The position numbers were made by a program, and so were the translations under genes. Shown here piece by piece: positions 1 through 7,621 of a stretch of 13,225 bases of DNA. Below the pieces are notes generated by a model that did no database searches, was not told where the DNA came from, and saw nothing but the letters and a program-made list of their open reading frames with translations. The stretch lies in the NCBI GenBank assembly GCA_036170245.1, contig JAVHOV010000022.1, positions 1 through 13,225 on the forward strand, in the 5' to 3' direction. Origin of the DNA: an archaeon. GTDB taxonomy: Archaea; Iainarchaeota; Iainarchaeia; Iainarchaeales; JAAZKV01. How positions within the stretch are numbered: position 1 is the stretch's first letter; each line of letters opens with the position of its first letter.

Positions 1-2
1 CT

Positions 3-413
3 GATTATGACAAATACCTCGCATCAAAGGCTGCTGCGTTAATAAGAGAAAATTTCCCAGACAGAGGGGTAACAAACCTGTTAATAGTAAAATGGGATAC
101 AAAAAAATCAAAAAGAGTTCTTGGCCACATAAAAGCAGTTAATAACTGTGAATATGGATCAATAATTGAAATTAATCCTCTACTCAAAAATCTTAATGTA
201 CCAGAGTATGTGCTTGATTATGTTTTGATGCATGAACTTACCCATTACTTTCAAGGATTTGGTTCAAATCATGAAAGAAAACACAAACACCCCCACAGAG
301 GAGGAATCGTAGAAAAGGAATTAGAACGCCATGGCTGGAAGGAAATAATTGAAAAATCTGAAAAATGGATAAAAGAAAACTGGACAGAAGTTGTAGTAAC
401 AAGCAGAAATTAA
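3..413 (+). CDS. Zinc metallopeptidase, SprT/YgjP(M48)-like HExxH family; 5'-truncated by the window edge
   Basis: The frame is open from base 3 (DYDKYLASKAAALIRENFPDRGVTNLLIVKWDTKKSKRVLGHIK...IIEINPLL...VPEYVLDYVLMHELTHY...HPHRGG), so the 210 start in the ORF track is internal. It has a HELTH motif, an upstream R-x-LG / I-x-IN-P / P-x-YV-x-DYV segment and a downstream His typical of this group. Stop TAA is at 411-413. Confidence 0.75.
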   Translation, partial: DYDKYLASKAAALIRENFPDRGVTNLLIVKWDTKKSKRVLGHIKAVNNCEYGSIIEINPLLKNLNVPEYVLDYVLMHELTHYFQGFGSNHERKHKHPHRGGIVEKELERHGWKEIIEKSEKWIKENWTEVVVTSRN

Positions 414-455
414 AAAAAACTAGGCTAATAAAAAAATTAAAAATCCAAAATATAT

Positions 456-2267
456 TTAGTACTTGTGATATTTCTTTTCTTCTTCAATTTGCTGTTTTAA
501 ATAGTCCATGTAAACACCTTTGAAATTTTGAACTGAAGAAACCTTATCTGTCTGAATATAAGTATAAATATTTTCAAGGAAAATGTTTGAACCCATTACT
601 GAAGGCATTGCAACAAAATCAACACCAGAATTATAAAAACTTAAAGTGTCCGAAAAATAGTGTGCTATTGAAAATATCTTTAATTTTTGACAAGCTCTTT
701 TTGCATTCTTAACAATATTAAGCGCTTCATTGTGATTCAAAATAGTTACTACCAATAGTTTTGCATCATTCAAATCCAATTTATCCCACAAAGCTTCGTT
801 CTCACTAGTACCATAAACATAAGGAAGTCCATCTCTTTGCCCTTGAGCTACAACTTCAGGATCATAATCAACAACAATGACTTGATTATTCTTTACAAGC
901 TCCTTAGCCAAACCTCTTCCAACAGTCCCTCCCCCAATTATAATTATATGATCCTTAAGCACACTTTTTGCAGGAATCTTTTCAAGCTCTTCAAGCTTTC
1001 TTTTGAAAAACTCATGTCTGAAACCTTTTGGAAGTTTCTTTACTAATTCATAACAATAATTTGCAACCCTGCTTGAAGATTGAATCAAGTAAGGAGTAAT
1101 AATCATTGAAATTGCAATAGTTGCAACTATAAATGAGGCCAGTTCTTTTGAAAACACCATTGCGCCAGTACTCATTACAGTAACCGCCGCAATTGCTGAA
1201 ATCTCAAACCCAAATTCAGAAATACTTGCAAGACTTAAACCAAGTTTTACTCCAGTTTTACTACCATACCCTAGCAGCAGAGAAATACAAAAGAAAATAA
1301 CGGGTTTAATAAAAAATACTAACAAAATAATTGCAATCATTAAAAGTAAATTCAATGAAGAAAAGCCAAAGCTCAATTGTATTCCTAAAGAAACAAAGAA
1401 AATTACTAAGAAGAAATCACGTAAAGCCCTAATTTTTGAAAATATTTCTAAGTTATACGGAAGAGTGCTTAATGCAAGCCCCCCAATAAACGCACCAACG
1501 GGTTCAGGCATATCAAGCAAAACTGCAAGACCAATAAAAGTAAATGCAGTTGCAATACTTGAAAGCAAGAACAATTCCTGCTCCTCTGCAGCAACTTTGA
1601 ACAATCTTGGAAAAACAAATTTGTTTAACACAAATGCAACTAAAATCAAAAATAAACTTTTTCCAATGAGTGTTACAAAAAGAAAAATATTTCCTAAGTT
1701 TGAGATATTTGTAAGCATAGGGACAAAGAAAATTACAAAAATATCCTGCAAGAGCAAAATTGAAATCATCAATCTCCCTTGAAGAGAATTCAATTCCCCA
1801 GAATCAGAAAGAAGTTTTACCACAAGCATTGTAGAAGAAAATGCAATTATTGTACCGACAAAAAGGGCTTGCTCAAAATTAAGTAAACCTAACGGAACTG
1901 TCAAAACAAAAGTAGATACAATTACAAGCAACACCTGAAGCAACGTTGCAACAATGACTTGATTACCTATCTTAAACAACCTATAAAGAGAAGTTTCAAT
2001 CCCAATTGAAAATAACAAAAGAGAAGTTCCTAAAAGCGAAAGAAGCTTTATTTCCTCAGTAATTTTGCTTATCCCAATATTGAAAGGAAGCCCAAGAGCA
2101 GTTAAGTCAATGCTTCCAAGAACCATCGGCCCTAAAACAATTCCTGCTATAATATACGCTAATAGACTTGGCTGCCTAAGCTTCTTCATTAACGCACTTA
2201 CAATTGTAGCAAACAATATTATTTCAGCTATATGAGTAAAAAGAAGAACTGCATCCAAAAAAATCAC
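456..2267 (-). CDS. Cation:proton antiporter (CPA2, KefB/KefC-like K+/H+ antiporter) with C-terminal TrkA-N (RCK) domain
   Basis: About 400 aa of multi-TM sequence with CPA motifs (QPSLLAYIIAGIVLGP, LLFSIGIE, AFSSTMLVVKLL, ILLLQD, GAFIGGLAL, LRDFFLVIFFVSLG, SISEFGF), followed by a Rossmann HIIIIGGGTVG...VIVVDYDPE domain. GTG start. Confidence 0.92.
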   Translation of the reverse strand: MIFLDAVLLFTHIAEIILFATIVSALMKKLRQPSLLAYIIAGIVLGPMVLGSIDLTALGLPFNIGISKITEEIKLLSLLGTSLLLFSIGIETSLYRLFKIGNQVIVATLLQVLLVIVSTFVLTVPLGLLNFEQALFVGTIIAFSSTMLVVKLLSDSGELNSLQGRLMISILLLQDIFVIFFVPMLTNISNLGNIFLFVTLIGKSLFLILVAFVLNKFVFPRLFKVAAEEQELFLLSSIATAFTFIGLAVLLDMPEPVGAFIGGLALSTLPYNLEIFSKIRALRDFFLVIFFVSLGIQLSFGFSSLNLLLMIAIILLVFFIKPVIFFCISLLLGYGSKTGVKLGLSLASISEFGFEISAIAAVTVMSTGAMVFSKELASFIVATIAISMIITPYLIQSSSRVANYCYELVKKLPKGFRHEFFKRKLEELEKIPAKSVLKDHIIIIGGGTVGRGLAKELVKNNQVIVVDYDPEVVAQGQRDGLPYVYGTSENEALWDKLDLNDAKLLVVTILNHNEALNIVKNAKRACQKLKIFSIAHYFSDTLSFYNSGVDFVAMPSVMGSNIFLENIYTYIQTDKVSSVQNFKGVYMDYLKQQIEEEKKYHKY

Positions 2268-2287
2268 TTATCATTCAATGAATTTAC

Positions 2288-2301
2288 TTACTAATTAGTA
2301 A
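2288..2301. promoter_or_regulatory. Perfect 14-bp palindrome TTACTAATTAGTAA upstream of the antiporter; possible operator
   Basis: Exact self-complementary sequence between a candidate minus-strand TATA box (TTTTTAAA, 2311-2318) and the GTG start at 2267. The AT-rich background lowers its significance. Confidence 0.3.
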
Positions 2302-2341
2302 TTTTTGGGATTTAAAAATGTGACATTTGGAACAAAATTTA

Positions 2342-3748
2342 TCAAAGAGGTTTAGCAGTAATAGTCCCATCTTTATTATCGATAAGAACAATACCCATTG
2401 ATTTTAACTTATCTCTCAATTCATCAGCTTTTTTCCAATCTTTATTCTTCTTAGCATTAATTCTCTCTTCAACTAAAACACTTTGCTCATCAGTTAGTTC
2501 AAAAAACTTTTCTGAAAAATCAAGCACTCCGATAACAGAATCTATTCTCTTCAAAAAGTCAATTGCAACTTTAGCCCCCTCAAACCCAAGTTCATTATCA
2601 TCAATCATTTTGTTTACTTTCTTTACAAAATCAAACACAGGAGTCATGGCTAAAGGAACATTCAAATCATTATCCATCGCAGTTTCAAATTCACCCAACG
2701 CAGATTTCACTAATAAATCCACTCCATCATTTGCTTTTGATTCCTTTATATTTCTTAATCTTTCAATAAAATTCTGCAACCCCAAAATAGTTTTTTCTGA
2801 ATCCTTTACCGAGTCAAAAGTAAAGTTCAACTGCTGACGATAGTTATTGTTAATTAAAGTGTACCTAATTGCCTTAGCACTTAATCCTTTATTTAATAAA
2901 TCCCTCAATGTGTAAAAATTTCCTAAGGATTTTGACATTTTTTGTCCATCAACCATTAAGTGAGCAGTGTGCATCCAATAGTTTACAAATTTTTTTCCGG
3001 TTGCAGCTTCAGATTGTGCAATTTCATTTTCATGGTGAGGAAATTTATTGTCAATTCCCCCAGTATGCAAATCAAAATGTTCACCTAAATATTTCATACT
3101 CATGGCAGAGCATTCAATGTGCCAACCAGGCCTTCCTTTTCCTAAAGGAGTTTCCCAAAAAACAGAACCATCATTTTCATCCCAAGCTTTCCATAAAGCA
3201 AAATCTCCAACACCCTCTTTTTCATACTCATCCTGCTTAATTCTCGCACCAGCCTTTAGTTGACTCGGATCAATTCCCGCAAGAGAACCATATTGAGGAA
3301 ATTTTTTAATTGAAAAATAAATACTCCCATCTTCGCCTCTGTAAGCAATTCCTTTAGCAAGAAGTTTTTGAATAAGTGCAACCATTTCAGAAATGTGTTC
3401 AGTTGCAGCACAGTAAATATCAGCAGGGAGAATATTCAATTTCGCAATATCTTCCTGAAACGCACGTTCATACTTTTCAGTATAAGTTTCAAGAAGAATA
3501 TTTTCAGCAATACTCCCCTTAATTGTTTTATCATCAACATCAGTATAGTTCATTACTTGTTTTACTTTATAGCCTTTGAACAACAAGTATCTTTCCAGAA
3601 TGTCTTCCCAAGTGTAGCACTTAAGGTTCCCAATATGGGCATAGTTGTAAACAGTTGGACCGCAAGTATACAACCCAACAAAACCCGGTTTTATTGATTT
3701 AAATTCTTCCAATTTATTCCCGAATGAGTTAAAAAACTTTAAAACCAT
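2342..3748 (-). CDS. cysS: Cysteine--tRNA ligase
   Basis: YTCGPTVYNYAHIGN (Zn Cys plus HIGH-like), NYTDVDDK, DFALWKA, GRPGWHIECSAM, DLHTGGIDNKFPHHENEIAQS, KMSKSLGN, DALR region and C-terminal ADELRDKL. Confidence 0.98.
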   Translation of the reverse strand: MVLKFFNSFGNKLEEFKSIKPGFVGLYTCGPTVYNYAHIGNLKCYTWEDILERYLLFKGYKVKQVMNYTDVDDKTIKGSIAENILLETYTEKYERAFQEDIAKLNILPADIYCAATEHISEMVALIQKLLAKGIAYRGEDGSIYFSIKKFPQYGSLAGIDPSQLKAGARIKQDEYEKEGVGDFALWKAWDENDGSVFWETPLGKGRPGWHIECSAMSMKYLGEHFDLHTGGIDNKFPHHENEIAQSEAATGKKFVNYWMHTAHLMVDGQKMSKSLGNFYTLRDLLNKGLSAKAIRYTLINNNYRQQLNFTFDSVKDSEKTILGLQNFIERLRNIKESKANDGVDLLVKSALGEFETAMDNDLNVPLAMTPVFDFVKKVNKMIDDNELGFEGAKVAIDFLKRIDSVIGVLDFSEKFFELTDEQSVLVEERINAKKNKDWKKADELRDKLKSMGIVLIDNKDGTITAKPL

Positions 3749-3802
3749 ATAAAATAGTTACTTGGTTTGTTTTATATTTATTGCCTTTTTAGACAAATTG
3801 AA

Positions 3803-4537
3803 CTATTGAACAAAACTAGAGTTTTTCTTTTTTGCTTCATCTCTTTTTCTTATTTCTTCTTCAACTCGTACTAACTCAGCTTCAAATTCCTCAGCCTCAG
3901 CTTCTTCACCACCAACACGATGAATTGAAATAACATCCCTCAACCGCTGTGCTTCTTTATGCAATTCACCCATATTTGAAGGAAAAATTCTTTTTAGATA
4001 AGAAAAATCAGTGGATGAAGATACAACTGCAACAGGTTTCTTTTCAGCAACAGGTTTATCAAGATAGGAAAGAACTTTTGGTTTCATTTTTTCAATCTGT
4101 TTTGGGGTAAAAAGCATCTTGTTATGATCAATAAACTTTTGAGCATTTTCAAGAGAAATATTTCTAAATTCAAAGCCTTTAGGCGAGAAGATTCTAATAC
4201 TCCCTTGAATTACGTGATAATTTCCATCAATAGACTTTCTTGAGAATCCGTCAACAACTGGAGAGAGGGATTTTACTAAATCCCTTGCCTGATGAACTGT
4301 ATCCCTGCTTAAAGGCTTACCTTGTTCTTCACGAATTCTTTGAAGTTTTCTTATTTCAAAAGCCAACCGGTAAGCAAAAACTTTAGTATAAAATTCTCTT
4401 GCAAACTGAACCCTTGCCGCAGAAACTTTTCCCAGTTCCATGAATTTACTAGCTTTCTTAAGTGAAGCCATACTTGCTTTTTGAGATTTCCATTTTCTTG
4501 AAACTTTCAAATTAGCCAAAACTACTTTCGGATTCAT
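3803..4537 (-). CDS. Hypothetical protein, Lys/Arg-rich N-terminus and acidic coiled-coil-like C-terminus
   Basis: 244-aa ATG ORF filling the gap between neighbours, with a TATA-like TTATATA (minus strand, 4562-4568) about 24 nt upstream of the ATG. No recognisable family motif. Confidence 0.7.
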   Translation of the reverse strand: MNPKVVLANLKVSRKWKSQKASMASLKKASKFMELGKVSAARVQFAREFYTKVFAYRLAFEIRKLQRIREEQGKPLSRDTVHQARDLVKSLSPVVDGFSRKSIDGNYHVIQGSIRIFSPKGFEFRNISLENAQKFIDHNKMLFTPKQIEKMKPKVLSYLDKPVAEKKPVAVVSSSTDFSYLKRIFPSNMGELHKEAQRLRDVISIHRVGGEEAEAEEFEAELVRVEEEIRKRDEAKKKNSSFVQ

Positions 4538-4616
4538 TTGAAAGCAAGTAGGAAAAAGAAGTATATAATTTTACCTAAAAGCAAACTTGATTAATTAAAA
4601 ATTAAAAAAAACTAAC

Positions 4617-4856
4617 TTAATCAGAATCACATTCATCATTGTCAGAATCTTGGGATTCTTCTTCCTCTTCTTCATCTTCCATTTCGACTTCCTTACTTTC
4701 AACAAGTTTCAAAACCCCTTTTTTATCCGCAATAACGGTGTACTCTAAGTTACACTCAGGGCAAGAAACTGCATCCCCTTCTTCAAGGTCATTCCATTCC
4801 ACTTCAAACTTAGCTTTGCAATCAGCGCATAACTTCTTTTGTATTTGTGAAACCAT
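4617..4856 (-). CDS. LysW-like zinc-ribbon protein with extended acidic C-terminal tail (atypical terminus)
   Basis: CADC...(18 aa)...CPEC with 'LEEGDAVSCPECNLEYTV', matching the LysW pattern (E-x-GE-x-V-x-C-x-x-C-G-x-E-L-E-V). The tail is EVEMEDEEEEEESQDSDNDECDSD. TATA TTTATAAA (4880-4887) lies about 23 nt upstream. Confidence 0.75.
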   Translation of the reverse strand: MVSQIQKKLCADCKAKFEVEWNDLEEGDAVSCPECNLEYTVIADKKGVLKLVESKEVEMEDEEEEEESQDSDNDECDSD

Positions 4857-4997
4857 ATTTATTTTCCTCTCCTTTAGCGTTTATAAATCTTTCTAAAAAC
4901 TAAAAAAAATCGCTTAAATGGATTCAAATTAATTTAATAGCCAAAATGAAGCATTTTAGAATCTGAAAAACTGCAAAAATTGAGCTTTTTTTGATAT

Positions 4998-5561
4998 TTA
5001 AAATATCAAAGAAGCTAATAATTTGTTAATAAAAGAAACAATCAATCCATTTAATATCATTAAAATTATCCAATTCAATAACAATTTCCCTCTTTCTGCA
5101 CCGAATACTACTTTTAGCATTTTAAATGAAGCAATTACCCAAACAATTACTGAAAATATCAAAAGAACAAATAATGCACCCACTGCAATATTGAAAAAGA
5201 ATCCTCTGATAAATGGAATAAACCAAGCGCTGATTGCTAAAACAAAATAAGCAAATAGATTAATCTCCCAAAGTGTCCCTGTTACACAAGCTGATTTCCA
5301 AAAACTATTTTCAGCTTTTTTGCTTTTCTTCTTTGCATGAGCAAATTCGAAGAAAAATACTACTCCACTAAAAACAAACCAATTAATTATATTAATTGCA
5401 AACGCAAAAATAGAATAAATAACGCTTGCAGTCAAAAAAAAGATTGCAACTGATAAAAACAAACTAGCCAGGCTCACAACAAGTATTGCCTTTCGCTTAT
5501 TTGGCTCAAAAAAAGAACTCTCAAATGCACTTGTAGGATGAAGAATTGTATTTGCTATCAT
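4998..5561 (-). CDS. Integral membrane protein, Yip1-like (about 5 TM)
   Basis: The N-terminal 'ILHPTSAFES' fits the L-x-x-P-x-x-x-F start of Yip1-family proteins, followed by about five hydrophobic helices with a basic loop (KKKSKK). A GTGA SD-like element and a TTTAAATA TATA-like box lie upstream. Confidence 0.6.
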   Translation of the reverse strand: MIANTILHPTSAFESSFFEPNKRKAILVVSLASLFLSVAIFFLTASVIYSIFAFAINIINWFVFSGVVFFFEFAHAKKKSKKAENSFWKSACVTGTLWEINLFAYFVLAISAWFIPFIRGFFFNIAVGALFVLLIFSVIVWVIASFKMLKVVFGAERGKLLLNWIILMILNGLIVSFINKLLASLIF

Positions 5562-5628
5562 AAAATCACTAAAATAATGAAATTTCTAATATTTAAATTT
5601 ACTCTATTCCATTTTAATTAAAAAAAAT

Positions 5629-6093
5629 TCACAATTCCTTTTTCATCAAATAATTATCGACAAATTTACCATTAACTAAAGATGCTTTAGCCAATTCACC
5701 ATATTTTTTGAATCCTAATTTTTTGTACAACTTAAAAGCAACTTTGTTCTTAATATCTCCTGAAAGCAAAACCAAACAAATTCCTTTGGGCAAATTATTC
5801 AAAGCACATTCCATCAAATTAGTACCAACACCAGAATTTCTATAAGCATTATCCACAATTATTGAAGAAAATTCGACTCTATGTTTGTGAAGCCCCTTTC
5901 CAAAAGAAACTTTCAAGTGCCCAATAATTTTACCCTCATTTATTGCAACAAAACGAATATCTTTGCCTTTCAAAGTTTCATTTATTTTCTTCTGCAAAGA
6001 ACCCCTCTTCCAATTTGGAAAAAGTTTTCCTAATTGATCAATAGTTGTCAAATCAGAATCAACTAATTTTTTACATTCAATAACAATACCCAA
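5629..6093 (-). CDS. GNAT family N-acetyltransferase
   Basis: FVAINEGKIIG, acetyl-CoA motif A (IIVDNAYRNSGVGTNL), motif B (NKVAFKLYKKLGF) and a 'GKFVDNYLMKKEL' ending. I moved the start to TTG 6093, about 10 nt after GGAGG (6104-6108), which avoids the 77-nt overlap of the 6186 start and gives about 154 aa. Confidence 0.88.
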   Translation of the reverse strand: MGIVIECKKLVDSDLTTIDQLGKLFPNWKRGSLQKKINETLKGKDIRFVAINEGKIIGHLKVSFGKGLHKHRVEFSSIIVDNAYRNSGVGTNLMECALNNLPKGICLVLLSGDIKNKVAFKLYKKLGFKKYGELAKASLVNGKFVDNYLMKKEL

Positions 6094-6109
6094 AAAAATC
6101 AACCCTCCA

Positions 6110-6550
6110 TTATACAAATAAATCTTTTTCCACAGAAACTTTCTTTTGCAATCTTTCTCTTTCAGAAGCATCCTTTGAAGAACCAACTAAATTAGTTTGA
6201 TGAGTCCTTGAAACATCAATTATGAAATTATTATGAATAATATCTCTTCCAATTAAAACAGAATAAGGCAACCCCTCTCTGTCTTCAATGTTAACTCCAG
6301 TCTTAATCTTCTTTCCTTTAACAATAATAACTGCTTCAGCTATTGCTCTTCTTGCATAACCTCTTGATGAAGAAGCACTCTTTACTTTCACACTGGAAAT
6401 AATTGGCCCGACCCCAGCCTTAGCTGCAGTTCGAACATCAATACAAGTTCTTGTAGCTCCAGTATCAAACAGAGCTTTTTTAGTAACTACTCCATTCTTA
6501 CCTTTAATCTGAACAGATTCCACTAATCCAATTACTTTTTTTGAAACCAT
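6110..6550 (-). CDS. RimB-like retropepsin-fold aspartic peptidase (RimK-associated; the family is often annotated 'ATP-dependent zinc protease')
   Basis: VIGLVESV N-terminus, ALFDTGA catalytic motif, KVKSAS flap and DREGLPYSVLIGRD motif. It lies head-to-head with the RimK-family genes. Confidence 0.85.
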   Translation of the reverse strand: MVSKKVIGLVESVQIKGKNGVVTKKALFDTGATRTCIDVRTAAKAGVGPIISSVKVKSASSSRGYARRAIAEAVIIVKGKKIKTGVNIEDREGLPYSVLIGRDIIHNNFIIDVSRTHQTNLVGSSKDASERERLQKKVSVEKDLFV

Positions 6551-6685
6551 TATCCAAAATTAGGAAATCTTACTTATTAATACTTTTGGTAAGAGATAAA
6601 TTAAATACCCCCTAATATTTTAAAGCCCAGTTTTTAGCTTAAAGCAAAGCCTTTTATTTCTCACCCCTAATCAATAGACTTGGAA
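6551..6685. promoter_or_regulatory. Divergent archaeal promoter region
   Basis: On the minus strand, purine-rich AAAAG plus TATTAATA (6575-6582) lies about 24 nt before ATG 6550. On the plus strand, TTTTATTT (6652-6659) lies about 26 nt before ATG 6686. The spacing fits leaderless transcripts. Confidence 0.5.
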
Positions 6686-7621
6686 ATGAACATACTTGTT
6701 TTAGCAGAGAAAAAAAAGAAGGTGCAATTAGTACTTGATGCATTAAAGAAAAGAGGGCACTCCACTTACTTACGTTTATCAAAAATTGTTCTTGTGAGCA
6801 AAAAAAACAGAACCAGAATCAAAGCATTTGGTAGAGAACTTGATGAATATGATGCAGTTTATATTCATGCACGAACCTCACTTGCCCCATTTATTGAACC
6901 ACTTCTAGAAGAGTTAGAAAAAATCGGATCTTACACCAATGTAAAAAAAGGGTCATATTATGCAGGGTGGAACGAACCATATTTAATGGTTGCATTAACT
7001 CAAGCAGGAATTGCAATACCAAAATCAATATCCACCGGGTCAGCCAAAAATGTTGAAACAATTGCAAGCAAAATTTCATACCCTGCAATAGTTAAAACTT
7101 ATTTAGGAAAAAAAGTTCAACACGTCCTGTTAGTTAATTCTTCAAGAGAATTAAAATTATTTGCAAAAAGTCTAAAAACAGAAATAGATGGTTTTTTGAT
7201 AAGAGAATTTATTGAAGGAGATGTAATCTCCTGCGCAATAATAGGGGATAAAATATTTTCAGTAAAAAGAAAATGCGCTGAAGAAACAAAAGAAATATTT
7301 GAAGGAAAAATGTACAAATTAAGTGAAAAAGATGAGGAATTAGTTTTAAACACAGCAAAAGCAACTGGGTACAATATCGCAAGAATTGATCTTGTTAAAG
7401 GAAAAATAATTAAAGTAGAACCCTTTATACCAATAGAAGAATTTAACATGGCGTGCTCTGATCAATTAGAAACACACATCGCAAATTATTTGATTGATAA
7501 AGCTTTGGAGCATGAAGCAAACAAGATTATACCATATGACTTTTTAGGAATCAGAAAGTTCCTTTCAAAAACTATATTCGCCCCACTATTAAAAGAATGG
7601 GCTAAACTGTGGAGGGATTAA
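6686..7621 (+). CDS. RimK-family ATP-grasp protein, catalytically degenerate paralog
   Basis: Full RimK/LysX layout (MNILVL, YDAVYIH, AGIAIPKS, YPAIVK, LIREFIEG, IIGDKI, ARIDL), but the Gly-rich loop, the D-x-R arginine, the WR-x-N loop and E-x-N are altered or missing. ATG 6686 is preferred to TTG 6680. Confidence 0.8.
   Translation: MNILVLAEKKKKVQLVLDALKKRGHSTYLRLSKIVLVSKKNRTRIKAFGRELDEYDAVYIHARTSLAPFIEPLLEELEKIGSYTNVKKGSYYAGWNEPYLMVALTQAGIAIPKSISTGSAKNVETIASKISYPAIVKTYLGKKVQHVLLVNSSRELKLFAKSLKTEIDGFLIREFIEGDVISCAIIGDKIFSVKRKCAEETKEIFEGKMYKLSEKDEELVLNTAKATGYNIARIDLVKGKIIKVEPFIPIEEFNMACSDQLETHIANYLIDKALEHEANKIIPYDFLGIRKFLSKTIFAPLLKEWAKLWRD

Noticed and set aside
5..187. 60-aa minus-strand ORF
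   Set aside because: It is antisense to the open + frame of the HExxH peptidase, which extends to the window edge.
837..5250. Short plus-strand ORFs (837, 1465, 2610, 2908, 3048, 3368, 4639, 5023)
   Set aside because: They are antisense shadows inside well-supported minus-strand genes. The poly-Ser in the 4639 ORF simply mirrors the poly-Glu codons.
6094..6186. N-terminal extension of the GNAT given in the ORF track (start 6186)
   Set aside because: It overlaps the RimB-like gene by 77 nt. A GGAGG-preceded TTG at 6093 gives a normal-sized GNAT.
6686..7621. First RimK paralog as a pseudogene
   Set aside because: It is a full-length open frame with a preserved fold pattern, a promoter and translational coupling to the next gene. 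The losses are concentrated at catalytic motifs.
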